From Tubiluchus corallicola (Eukaryota; Animalia; Priapulida): a DNA stretch of 64,000 nt. This document shows positions 25,201 to 34,897 of the stretch, one piece after another. The notes beneath the pieces were generated by a model. The model made no database searches, had not been told where the DNA came from, and worked only from the letters and a program-made list of their open reading frames with translations. The DNA lies in contig JAQGDQ010000051.1 in NCBI GenBank assembly GCA_030141605.1, forward strand, positions 372,001 through 436,000, given 5' to 3'. The first letter of the stretch is position 1; each line of letters starts with the position of its first letter. The translations under genes and the position numbers were made by a program.

Positions 25201-26730
25201 ACCTAAACTAACCAATAGGTTTTCTACTAATTTCAAAGACATTTTCTTTTTATCTATAGTGCAAACTGCTCCTTACCTAGTTGTATTAACAATAGTAACA
25301 ATGGTATTTATAATTTGCTTTATGCATTTTTTCTAACTTTTGGTATATATGCCTATGCGATCTTACATTGATGTATTTTTACAGTAATATAAGCTAATAA
25401 TTTTATTGATAGTAGTAAATCATCTTGCTTGTTACGATAGTTCATATCCTTTGCTTTATGGTGGTTTGCAGACAAACTGAAATTTAGGTTCCGATTTTCA
25501 TTAAAACTATAATTTACCATTTATATAACGGTAGCAAGTGCTAATTTGATGTGTTATCAAATTACAAGTTTCATATTACTAAGGGCGATGATAACTAGCC
25601 AAGAGCTGACTATACGTTTTTATACCGACCAGAGTAAAGCAAAACTATTCTTGACTAGTAAATGGATGGTTCAGCGCCAATAAAATACTTCTTGTCATTT
25701 TTGTCTGTCATACCGCCTGTAGCTATTTATTGTATTGAGAAAAGATGAAAAGATGCATACATCAAAACAGATCTAAACCACCTCTGCCAGCTCATTGTGA
25801 CACCTCTGCTAGCTCATTGTGACACCTGTGCCAGCTCACTGTGACACTTTTGCCAGCTCCTCGTGACACTTCTGCCAGCACACTCTAGCACCTCTACCAG
25901 CTCACAGTGACACTTCTGCCAGCTCACTCTGACACTTCTAGCAGCTCACTGTGACACTTCTGCCAGCTCACTCTGACACCTCTGCCAGCACACTCTGACA
26001 CCTCTGCTAGCTCACTATGACATCTCTGCCAGTTCATTTTCTTATCTTAGCGAATTATCCTTGATAATGACATGAGTTCCAGCTTGACAACCTCCAGTAT
26101 CATAAGTATGCTGTGTCTTTCTTTTATCGCTTCGGAACTATTACAGTAGCTAAGCCCCATTTAGAAGCAAAACATTGTTGAGCTGTATATTAGATCTAGC
26201 AGACTGAAGTGTTATTTAACTGCTAAAACAGGGAATGGAAAATTTACTTTATAATGGTCATTACGTTGTGCCCAAAAATGAAGACAAGTTGTCCCTCATT
26301 AGTTACTTGGATCAATCATTGTAGTGCATTTTTTCTGTGAAAAGACATTCTCTTTAATATAGCTTGTGCAGTTCAAAGTTTTGCACTACACTTGTGCAGT
26401 GCAACATATAACTAATCATATTTAATACACATTGCGAAATAAATATTTTTATCTTGTCTTTCTATTTTTTAGATTGATGATATATACACACGGAGTATTC
26501 ACCCAAGTTCACACTCTGGTACACAGCGGAGTCGGAGTCTGCACAGGCATGGTTCTATACCATCTACCACTGGTGTTAGTGTTGGCGTTGCTAACTTTGA
26601 TGAGTACGAATTAGATGATCATATGAATGAAGAAGATGAAATAAATACATCTATTAGGAATTATTCTGTTACAGATGAGTCAAAAAACTTTGCTAAAGAA
26701 CAAGAATCGCCCTATACTTATACAAAATAA
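1157..26730 (+). CDS. Multi-exon single-pass receptor-like protein: Ig + DOMON + 3 Sushi/CCP + TM + long Tyr-motif cytoplasmic tail (5'-incomplete)
   Basis: Phase-compatible GT-AG exon chain: 1157-1234, 1793-1947, 2385-2610, 2818-2949, 3395-3511, 8522-8733, 9384-9726, 10551-10658, 11588-11884, 11969-12172, 12468-12650, 13551-13730, 15104-15242, 16886-17030, 17275-17372, 18686-19021, 20709-20887, 21724-21896, 22506-23291, 26473-26730 (TAA). No start codon or signal peptide is seen in the window. Confidence 0.78.
1793..2610 (+). CDS. Ig-like domain split over two exons (1793-1947, 2385-2610)
   Basis: B-strand Cys (GSTVTLTC), C-strand Trp (IVWVY) and LRIQDITKSDEGVYKCEI (D-x-G-x-Y-x-C motif). 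Phase-0 intron gtatgt...tttcag. Confidence 0.88.
2818..3511 (+). CDS. Two low-complexity linker exons (2818-2949, 3395-3511)
   Basis: Both are phase 1-1 and open, with polypyrimidine-AG acceptors and GT donors. Confidence 0.65.
3750..5378. mobile_element. Non-autonomous hAT-type DNA transposon
   Basis: Left end TAGGATGTCACAAA; right end TTTGTGACATCCCTA (reverse complement TAGGGATGTCACAAA). Exact 8-bp TSD TTTCAAGT at 3742-3749 and 5379-5386. Subterminal ATCCG/CGGAT repeats at both ends. Confidence 0.88.
4699..4782. repeat. Perfect 34-bp inverted repeat with 16-nt loop
   Basis: GAAATACAGCTTGCATGCTATTGAACCATTGCAT (4699-4732) is the exact reverse complement of 4749-4782. Confidence 0.92.
5692..8480. 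repeat. Intronic minisatellite, 25-bp unit TCACACTGTGCTCTTCATTCTGCTG, ~110 copies
   Basis: Directly visible tandem array with few variant positions; it ends ~40 nt upstream of the DOMON exon acceptor. Confidence 0.98.
8522..9726 (+). CDS. DOMON domain (exons 8522-8733, 9384-9726)
   Basis: WTGIGFSKDMKM|PLSDVVYGWV...LIDGYM...P..D...GVTTIGFWRKRSTDD..D...YFLFP...IIKH matches the DOMON pattern (W-x-G-I-G-F-S..M..SD; F.R...T.D; C-terminal His). Confidence 0.85.
10551..11884 (+). CDS. Two linker exons (10551-10658, 11588-11884), Thr/Gly-rich
   Basis: Both phase 1-1 and open, with canonical splice sites (tttttag/gtaatt; tttcag/gtaagt). Confidence 0.7.
11969..12172 (+). CDS. Sushi/CCP domain 1 exon
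   Basis: C-x2-P...GS.L.LSCQPGFILAGSPILSC..DGSW......PSC; phase 1-1. Confidence 0.9.
12468..12650 (+). CDS. Sushi/CCP domain 2 exon
   Basis: CGPHPVIENG...GSMVTISCAEGF......ECSLEGKWSGGSVRC; phase 1-1. Confidence 0.92.
13551..13730 (+). CDS. Sushi/CCP domain 3 exon
   Basis: CTMPSAPKNG...ISYGCNRGYVLNGDHVRTCLGTGFWSGLPPKC; phase 1-1. Confidence 0.93.
13911..14623 (+). mobile_element. PIF/Harbinger-like element with decayed MADF (Myb/SANT-like) ORF
   Basis: ~55-bp imperfect TIRs: TGGCACATACACTTTAAAAAAAACGTCAA...TTTTGACGGA versus the reverse complement of the right end GGGCCCATACACGTTAAAAAAAACGTCAA. Internal FLIEVINVYKTLPAL-QIKSPDYSNRDKKVAAYD...RLNTLRTNFRNEL...SAKSGGG resembles MADF. Upstream in-frame stop; the conserved Trp is missing. 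Confidence 0.75.
15104..15242 (+). CDS. Transmembrane exon (GLSKGAIMGILFPLIALLLLAFILAAVALL)
   Basis: ~25-residue hydrophobic stretch; the next exon starts with the basic stop-transfer sequence RRRKK. Phase 1 in, phase 2 out. Confidence 0.9.
15514..16556. mobile_element. Non-autonomous hAT (Charlie/Chaplin-like) element
   Basis: TIRs CAGGGGTGTGCAAA / TTTGCACACCCCTG. Exact 8-bp TSD CGTTAAAG at 15506-15513 and 16557-16564. Subterminal (G/T)GCGGCCC/TGTGGCCC motifs. A second right-end-like motif lies at ~16085-16097. Confidence 0.92.
16886..26730 (+). CDS. Cytoplasmic-tail exons of the receptor gene (7 exons, ~650 aa, largely disordered)
   Basis: Exons 16886-17030, 17275-17372, 18686-19021, 20709-20887, 21724-21896, 22506-23291 and 26473-26730 join in frame. 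S/E/H-rich, with motifs GYAEL, QYDIL, ALYARV, MYANL and IEYHEI. Confidence 0.78.
20345..20660 (+). repeat. Dispersed unnamed repeat family A, copy 1 of 4
   Basis: Shared motifs GTTTAGAT..ATCAGAGCATT..GTGGTGCACACTGGGA..TTAAATTATTAA..CAAACAGGTAAGC, also seen at ~54783, ~62141 and ~62830. Confidence 0.75.
24186..25000. mobile_element. Possible old non-autonomous hAT-like element
   Basis: Ends TAGACCTGCCAACT / AGTTGATAGGTCTG form an imperfect inverted pair. No clear TSD. Confidence 0.4.
25779..26036. repeat. Minisatellite, 22-bp unit CACCTCTGCCAGCTCACTGTGA, ~12 diverged copies
   Basis: Visible tandem array in the last intron of the receptor gene. Confidence 0.93.
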
Positions 26731-27759
26731 TTTCTAAATTAGATATAGAAAATTAATCCGAGAGCTGCAAATAGTAATTTTTCCATTATTTTACTAAACG
26801 CTCATAAATCAACTGTGCTCATGAGCTTTAGCTAAAAATTCTACTGATTTTTATGTGTTGTGCTCTAGCTTACAGTTTTTCTGTTAAAAAATATCCATGG
26901 CGCAGTCAGGATTTTTCCAACATGAATACTTTGTTTTTTGTCTATTTCTGTTTAAATTATTTTCAATTTTATTATTTGAACTTGTCAATAAAGTCAATTT
27001 CTTTACGCATTGTTAATAGAGAAATCATTGTTATAATACTTTAACAGTGCAGTAACATGCATGCAATAGTATTGTTGTCAATAATAATCTTATATGGTAT
27101 TTATATATTTGTGTAATTAATAGAACTACCCCATAGTAAAAGTAGCTGTAGTATATTATGCAATACAGGATTGATGTACTAAGATATTTGCTATTCATCC
27201 ATTAAGGTATTTAAACTAACAGATAATTTGTGGACAAAACATAAAATTTATAGTGTTATTGATTAGTTGTGTTATTGCAAAATTTAGTATGAATCATACT
27301 AATCCTATAATGTAATGTGATATCTAACAAGTTTCGTAAATATTATTATTCTAACAGTCATTATATATGTACAGTGAATTTACCAGTGTTGTTCTCGGGC
27401 TTGGGACTTATTTGATTCTGGGTTAATGGACATCACACATAGTAAATAATACTTGGCACAGTTGACAAGTGTGTAAAGGTTTGACTCTCATTACATTTTG
27501 TCAAAAACACTTATCACATTTGTGTTTGCTAAGTAGGAAATAAACACGATAATCAAATTTCTATCTTTATTTTTTGCTAAGTACCTCTAGAATCTTATGT
27601 AATCAAGCAAATATAATGTAGTTAATAATAATAACAAGAACAACATCAGCAACAATAATAACAACAACAATAATATTATTATCATTTATAAGCTCAGTGC
27701 CATTTAGCATTCAATCCTCTTCATATCAGCCGAGCTGATAGCAACGAACCAAATGTACA

Positions 27760-29450
27760 TAATAAACGTAAGGCTTCGATTACTTAATGCTTACGTTTAC
27801 CAGCATATTTATGTACAACAGTGAAACTTGGGTTTTAATGATTACTCAAGAAAAGCAGATTGACACATTTCATAGAAGTCTTCTTAGGAGAGTTTTAAAG
27901 ATAAGATGGCCATACATAATCAAAAATGAAGATTTATACACCAGAACAAAAGAAATTTATTGGAGTTCAAAAGTCAACATCCCAGGGGCGCCGTGCACCA
28001 AAAAAAAAAATTAGGGGGGCCCGACTGTATATAATGGCGGAACTTAACTGTTTAAAAAACGTATAATTTTGAATTCCCACACAGTATTTTGCGTGCAAAA
28101 AAAACGATTTATTTATTCCCAACTGGCATTTAACTTAAAGCTATAGCAACGGAAACTTAATTAAAAATTAAATTAAAACTCTTGACAAATTTAAGAGCAG
28201 AAAAGGATCTCTCACAAGAGCAAGATGTAACGGGCAGAGTCAGAATCAACTGGTATGCGATGGAGATCATTGTGTAAAGTTTGTCCAGTCCAGAAGAAGT
28301 CATATAACAGTATATTGAGTGAATGCAGTTTGTGTTGACATGTTCAGGAACAGAGGTCGGGAACACGGTTGGACTTGAAAAATGAAGTCAGATTGGACTG
28401 CCTTGACATCGTTTAAGAAATACAGAAATACGTGAAAATTCCTGTTTGTCAACAAGATGAAACAACAGTGCAATAAATGAGCAAATAAGCAGCTAAAATC
28501 GCAGCGAAAACTAGCAGAGATTCTCCTAGCAGGAGAAAAATGATGAAATGTGCTCAAAATCACGCCCTTTTATGCAGCAAACTCGTGGGAAAGAGTCGCT
28601 AAGGAGTAGCAAAGAGTCGGTAATGTCCAATCAGGAGGTGGCTCAATTTGTATCTCCCAAACGGACTCTCTGGTACTAGGCTAGCTCGACAAACTGACTC
28701 TCTGGTATTACGCTAGCTCAACATGACTTCAATGTTTGCATTGTTTTTGTTCTATTATTTCACTTGTTCACTATTATAAGGCACTGCTGAATGAAGCTCG
28801 AGTGCTAACTGAGCCGTTTTGTTAACTAACAGTCTTTTGTGCAAAGACGCTAATGCTACTCAACGAGCTGCTTTGTTAACTGTTCCTGCCTGCCTCCTGA
28901 ATAGATTACATGCAAACAAATTAACTACATCCTGACTTTCAGGTAAACACATCTGGTCAGGCACGTATTAACAGTCAGAATAATTTAACTCGGCGACAAA
29001 CTTTAATGATAAAAAACATTATTGGGCTACTGTACCGAAACGCTCATACTGTTCGCATTTATGGAGCACTGGCCCGCTATTGTGTGTCAAAAAGTCGGAA
29101 ATAAATTTGCTTACCGTTTGACATTTTCTAAAAAATTGGGGGGCAGACCCCCCCGGCCCCTATAGCACGACGCCACTGCAACATCCGAAGATTAAGATGG
29201 CTAGTACATCTTCTAAGATTACCAAATGAAGCACCAGTAAGAATCGCCTTAAAGGAAGCCTTAAAACCTGGCAAAAAACCACTTGGTAAACCTAAAACAA
29301 CTTGTATAGCTAAAATAAATAAGGATGTTCAGTAACTTCTACCAAATCTATCTTTAGGACTTACGGTGTTAGCTGCAGATAGAAAAGGGTGGAATACTCT
29401 GATAAATGTTGATACCTCAATGCCTACAACAGGTGGAATGAGATTTTGAA
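27760..29450 (+). mobile_element. 5'-truncated RTE-like LINE remnant, split by a hAT insertion (27760-27982 and 29179-29450)
   Basis: FMYNSETW...IDTFHRSLLRRVLKIRW...NEDLYTRT resumes after the insert as NIRRLRWLVHLLRL...GKKPLGKPKTT, a typical RTE-clade ORF2 C-terminus. Confidence 0.8.
27983..29178 (-). mobile_element. Internally deleted hAT transposon with transposase dimerisation-domain remnant
   Basis: TIRs CAGGGGCGCCGTGC / GCACGACGCCACTG. Exact 8-bp TSD CAACATCC (27975-27982, 29179-29186). The minus strand encodes YQLILTLPVTSCSCERSFSALKFVK (hAT C-terminal dimerisation motif). Confidence 0.92.
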
Positions 29451-30621
29451 GAAATGGCCTTCAACAGTTTGCAACATAATGGGGTCCAGTTGTGGAACAA
29501 CCTCCCTAGTCATATAACAGTTAATCAGTCTCTTCAAACCGCATCAAAAATATAGTTTTTACTTAATGGCAAAATATATGGGCTCGTAAAAATACTTTAA
29601 AGTGTACATCTTATTCTTTTGTGTCATTCAAACTCATTCTTCTACCAGTTTTCTTTCTACTTCCCTTCACTTACATCTTTATAATTTTATTTTACAATTA
29701 CAGTTACTATACATTCTTGAACTTTCTCTAAAAATCATTGAGTGCTTTTTCTGCAAGTGTGCTTCAACTTAGTTGCTTCTGTACTTAGCCCTCATATTTT
29801 GGAAACACTTTCACAAATTCACTCCAGTTAAAGAACTATAAAGAAACAACAGAGTTGTAAATTATATTGTATTAGTAGACAGTGCGAAATTGTTCGTTCA
29901 AAATATACATTGCAATAATTAATATAATGCTAAAACAGTAAGTCACCTATTTGAAATACATTAAGAGGACATTTAAGAGGACAAATTTCATTGTAGGGAA
30001 TAGAAAATCTGATTAACTGTGAAAAAACTCTTGTTCATAAATAAGATAACATATAATAATTATGAAGTAAAATTTACTTATGGGAAATTTTTAGTTTCAA
30101 AGACTGTATCCTTTATTAGAGTGAAATTAGATTTTATTTTAAAAGAATTAATACTGCCTTCTTTTCACACTGTCATCCAGCCACTGCAAATTCATTAATC
30201 TTTAAATAAGGGCAACGTGTAAAGGACCCCATTGGCTTACTTCCATTAGTTCTTTTATGTTATTACTGTGTTGAACTATGTGTGCGAAACAAAATTATCT
30301 ATTACCACCATTGCGATTGAACCCAAAAGTTCCCGCATGGAAAGCAAGCATGCTAGCTCAGAGCTTTTCCTGCTGTGAGCAAAGTCAAATTTGGGTATCA
30401 TGATTAAATTTCTTCACTTTCTAGTTTTGCAGTTAAAAGAATGTTAATTAATCATATTACCCGGTCTGCAATACATAGATCACAGAACGTCAATCAATCA
30501 GTGGGTGCCCACCCCGCAATAGCCGAGCCACTGTATTTTGGCTCTAACAGCTTTTCAATTGCTGGCGCCTGGAGTTACTTCCAAGCTCAGCAGTATTTGC
30601 ATGTGAAGTGCATAAAAAATC

Positions 30622-30738
30622 GCAGGGAAAGTGTGTGTTCATGATTGTTCTTGCTTATTAAATTCATTAAATTTAATGGCAGGGAAAGTGTGTGTTCATG
30701 ATTGTTCTTGCTTATTAAATTCATTAAATTTAATGGCA
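30622..30738. repeat. Exact 57-bp tandem duplication
   Basis: GCAGGGAAAGTGTGTGTTCATGATTGTTCTTGCTTATTAAATTCATTAAATTTAATG occurs twice in tandem. Confidence 0.9.
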
Positions 30739-32229
30739 GTGAAAGAGAGCATAGAATGGTGAACCGTTATGCTTACATCACATGTAATGTTCGGTACCCA
30801 AAGAGGTTAGTAGTACGACTTGTTAGTTTTCCCAATCCCATAGAACAATTATGCGAGATTTTCTAATGCAAACAATTACTGCTCCTCTTCTGGCTTCATT
30901 GCTGGGTTTTACACTTTATGTGCAGTAAAAAGTGGCAAGATAACTGGGAAAATAGTTTTTTTTCTAACAGAAAGATTAGATCGTATTCATTTTATTCAAG
31001 AGGATTAATTTCTTTTTTTCCAGTCTACATGTCCCTTTTTCCCTAGTAAGACAGCACAATCTGGGACTTACTCTTTCAAAAGGATAAGAATACACGTTGT
31101 AAATTAACAAACGAGCAGCAAAATTTGTCTCAGACAATGACTTTAACTAACAGACTGAACAGAGTAATAACCATGCTACACAGGTTAGAATGGCAGGTAA
31201 TCAAACAGTGGAGAAAGGGTAACCATGTGATACGGATTAGTGATTACTTTTCCTGTCTAGGTCGCAGTAGCTTCCCTTGTAGAAATAAAACAAACCAAAA
31301 TTAACTTGAATTATTCTGCCGTCAGGGCCGTCTGTCGGATTTTTTCCGTTTGTTTGATGCGCCATTATTATTATGACACTGTTTAGGGAATTCGGTGTAT
31401 ATGTGTAATGTTTTTAGTACTGTGTTAGTCTTATAATTTTGAATAATAATTGTACGGCAATACAGTATTTGTTGAGTGAGTTTATTACACGGAATCGATG
31501 AGTAAGTTTCGCTTAACTAATTTCAGTATAAGAGATGTAGTCTTATTGCATTAATACTGTGTAATTCAATTATATAAATAATAGTAATACGTATTACTGT
31601 ACGCTTAACACTGATCTCTACAGAAAGTTTGAAAACATAAATAATAAACTATACAATTATCTGACAATAAATACTATATTACAAGTATTATTACAATACT
31701 ATAACCAGTATAATTATTAATATTATACTGAGCTTATTAACTTAACACCATTTAAGGCTACAGGACCCGATGAAGTTCATGGCTTTATTTTGAAATCCTG
31801 TGCTCTTCAGTTTACTCTTCCTCTTTTCCTTTTGTTCCGCAAGTCTTGATTCTGGAGTCCTCCTCCAATGCTGGCTTAATTGTAACGTTAACCCCATTCC
31901 TAAACAGTCAAATGCATGTCCTTTGTGTGATGATCTTCGCCCCATATTTTTGTCATCTGTAGTTGTCAAATGCTTTTGAATCCATATTGTGGGACGTGAT
32001 TCTAACCTTTCTTATTCAAACTGAATGAATATGTAAGTCCCAACATGGTTCTCTTCCTCTGTCTTCTCTAATTTATTGTTGTGTTTAAATCAGTGGGCTT
32101 GCTTCTTCGATGATCCTGCTTTGTCTGGTATTGATGTACTTTAACTACATTTCAAAGAGGTAAGCTTCTTAAGTGTTTCAGTTACTTTCTTTCTCATCGT
32201 TTCCAACGTGTTGTTCTTAACGGTATAAC

Positions 32230-33050
32230 CACTGAATGGCGCCCCGTTATCAGTGGTATCCCTCAAGGAACTTTGAGTGGCCCATACTGCTTACTTATTT
32301 TTATAAATGATGTTACCGATTGTATTTCCCCATGGACTGGCATCCTATTATTTGTTGTTGACTTAAACCCCTTTCGTCCAATTTGGGACGATCTTGATTG
32401 TTATATTTTACAACATGACTTGGATGAAATTTTAGACTAGTGGAGTAAATGGTTGGTGACACTTAAACCCAGTAAATGTGCTTTACTTAGAATATGCCCT
32501 AAATCAGTTACACCTTACTTTCTAAATAATGCTCAAATAGCTGAAAAAGGTTGCATCATAGGCTTGGGAATAATGTTTTCTAATGACCTCAAATGGAATT
32601 CCCATGTGAATCATATCATTGCAAAAGCAAACCATCGTATTGGCATCCTTAAGCAGTGTGTAATATCAAGAAATGCAGCAGTAATTTATTCCTCTCTATA
32701 AAGCCATTGTTCGACCCATTCTGGAATACGCGTTGGTTGTATGGTAACCCCAGTATGCAAGAATGCTTTCGAAAGAACTCAGGATAGATGTACTCAGCTT
32801 GCTATTAATTTGGATCCCGCTTCAATTTCTACTCTTGAGCAAAGGCGTGAGACTGTAGACCTTGTGAACTGCTTCAAAATAACTTATGGAAATACTTTTA
32901 TGACTGAGGCAGACTTTTTTCCAGACCTCACAGAGTTTTTCGTTGTCATGAGTCTAAATTATTTGTGCATACAGATACAACCAACATCAGATCACACTTC
33001 CATGGGCATCATGTAGTTCAACCATGGAATCATCTTTCATTATGAATCAT
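32230..33050 (+). mobile_element. Decayed CR1/L2/Jockey-group LINE reverse transcriptase fragment
   Basis: VISGIPQGT..GP...INDV...LQHDLD...SKCALL...LGIMFSNDLKWNSHVNHIIAKAN..IGIL...YKAIVRPILEYA, with stops and frameshifts. Confidence 0.85.
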
Positions 33051-33269
33051 CAGTGCTTCATCATTTCTACTGACAAACATACAAAATTAAGAAAAGAACA
33101 GTTCCCAAAAGGTGGAGCAGAAGGAGGGATACATTTGTAATGTAAGTAATTAATGAATGGAACCTGCTCCCTCACACTGCAGTTCAAGCCTCTAATCCTG
33201 CCCAGCTCAAGATTCATCTCGATAGGCATTGGAAATGCAATCCAGAAAAATATATATCCAGACTGTTGC

Positions 33270-33390
33270 CACAGTGGTAACAGGAACTCTGAAATAGAAC
33301 TGTCCTGGAGAGGAATAAAATGCAAAAAGATTAAAGTTACAGCAGGCGCCAAACAAGGTGATCCAATGTCATGTATTTGCATGACCAACG
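33270..33390 (+). mobile_element. Short non-LTR RT fragment
   Basis: KIKVTAGAKQGDPMS resembles the RT motif G-V-K-Q-G-D-P-L-S. Confidence 0.45.
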
Positions 33391-33664
33391 TAACTAGTTG
33401 AGCCAGCCAAGTTGAATGAGTTAACACATTTCATTCTATCACAAGTTGTTCTTCAAACATGGATGTTTTAATAAAGAAAGACTGTTAAGTGTGTGAGCGT
33501 AGTACCTTTTGAATTGAGGAGTGACTAAAGTCTTTTTCTGAGTAGGTACTTTAATAGTACTAATATGGTTTACTAGGAACATTAACACGTTTCATTATCA
33601 ATAATAATGACGATCATAATGAAGATTATGGTGATATTAGCAATAGTAATAATTTTTATGAATA

Positions 33665-34453
33665 CAGTAGGCACCGCTTAATAGACTCACTTTGGGACCG
33701 AAGTGTGTTTGACCCAATTAACTGACTGAACCTATTAACCAATTGGTGTAGTATTACAGGTATAGAAGTTTATATATATATATATATATAATAGTGAATT
33801 AGCAATAAATTAAAAAGTATACTTTTCTCAATCATACAAGTTTGTTTTTGCAAAAAATTATAAAAATTCTTTCAAAGTCGGCTGCTTCATTTTCTCGCAA
33901 AGAAGTTGGCTCACAACATTCTTGTAATTATAAAAACATTGAAAATCTGTTGCTGTGTGATGCGCGTATTCTCATAAAACAGTTAGCGCTTGGCGTGCTT
34001 GAGCTGCATTTGGTGGTGTCCTTGTTTCTTTGCAAGTGGTTTCGTCTGATACTGGCTGATTACTGTACCTGCATCTTTGACTGTTAACTGATTAAACGTC
34101 CAGAAATTCTTGGGTAACGAGGTTAATTGCAGTGGATGAGTGGGTAACAGATTCAAAGCAAAACCGCTTAGCTAGTGTATTAGCGCATGTTTAACTTATT
34201 TGCTTATAAACAAAACTGTACTTACCATGATTGTTTCTACAAGAGAAGTAAAGTTGACATAAAAGTAGGAAAGGATTTTTGGGCACATACCTATGTCTTA
34301 TTTTAAGTATGTGAAAGAAAAATATTAAGTCAATTATGCAGAGTTATTTGAGTCAATTACCGACAATTTTTATGTACATTTGAATAGAAGCGGCCCCTTC
34401 CAGGCGTTTTAGGATTCGATTAAGCGAGTGAGTTTATTAAGCCGCGCCTACTG
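33665..34453. mobile_element. pogo/Tigger-like non-autonomous Tc1/mariner-superfamily element
   Basis: 27-bp TIRs CAGTAGGCACCGCTTAATAGACTCACT / AGTGAGTTTATTAAGCCGCGCCTACTG, flanked by TA on both sides. Confidence 0.82.
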
Positions 34454-34897
34454 TACTTATTTATTTGAATAAATTCATTTGAATAAACCAGCATACACAC
34501 ATGTAGTTCTGTAGACGACTTGTGGCATTTTTTCAATTTAAACTACATTCACGATTGTCTGGTATTTTATTCAACAGTATTTTATGTGATAACATTAAGC
34601 TATTCCACAATAATTTACTGTGTTGGTAGTCAATACTGGTGAAGCTCAGGCGTGATAGGCATGCAGTCCACTGAATTTAAATGTGCCGATTAACCATAAT
34701 ATTGTGAGAGCAATGCTACTTGTATTATCCTAATGTGCCAACTCATATATGGAATAGGTAATTGCTCGCCGAAAATCAATAAGGACCCGAATTGTGATAG
34801 CGTGCCACCGATAACTAAAATAATAAAACAAATTTTTGAATAAAATAAATTTCACAAAAACTTAATTTTGTTATTTCAGTACAAGCCAATTTAGACA

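Noticed and set aside
31100-31215. Possible LINE C-terminal fragment (KRAAKFV...MLHRLEW)
   Set aside because: Too short and degraded to call confidently.
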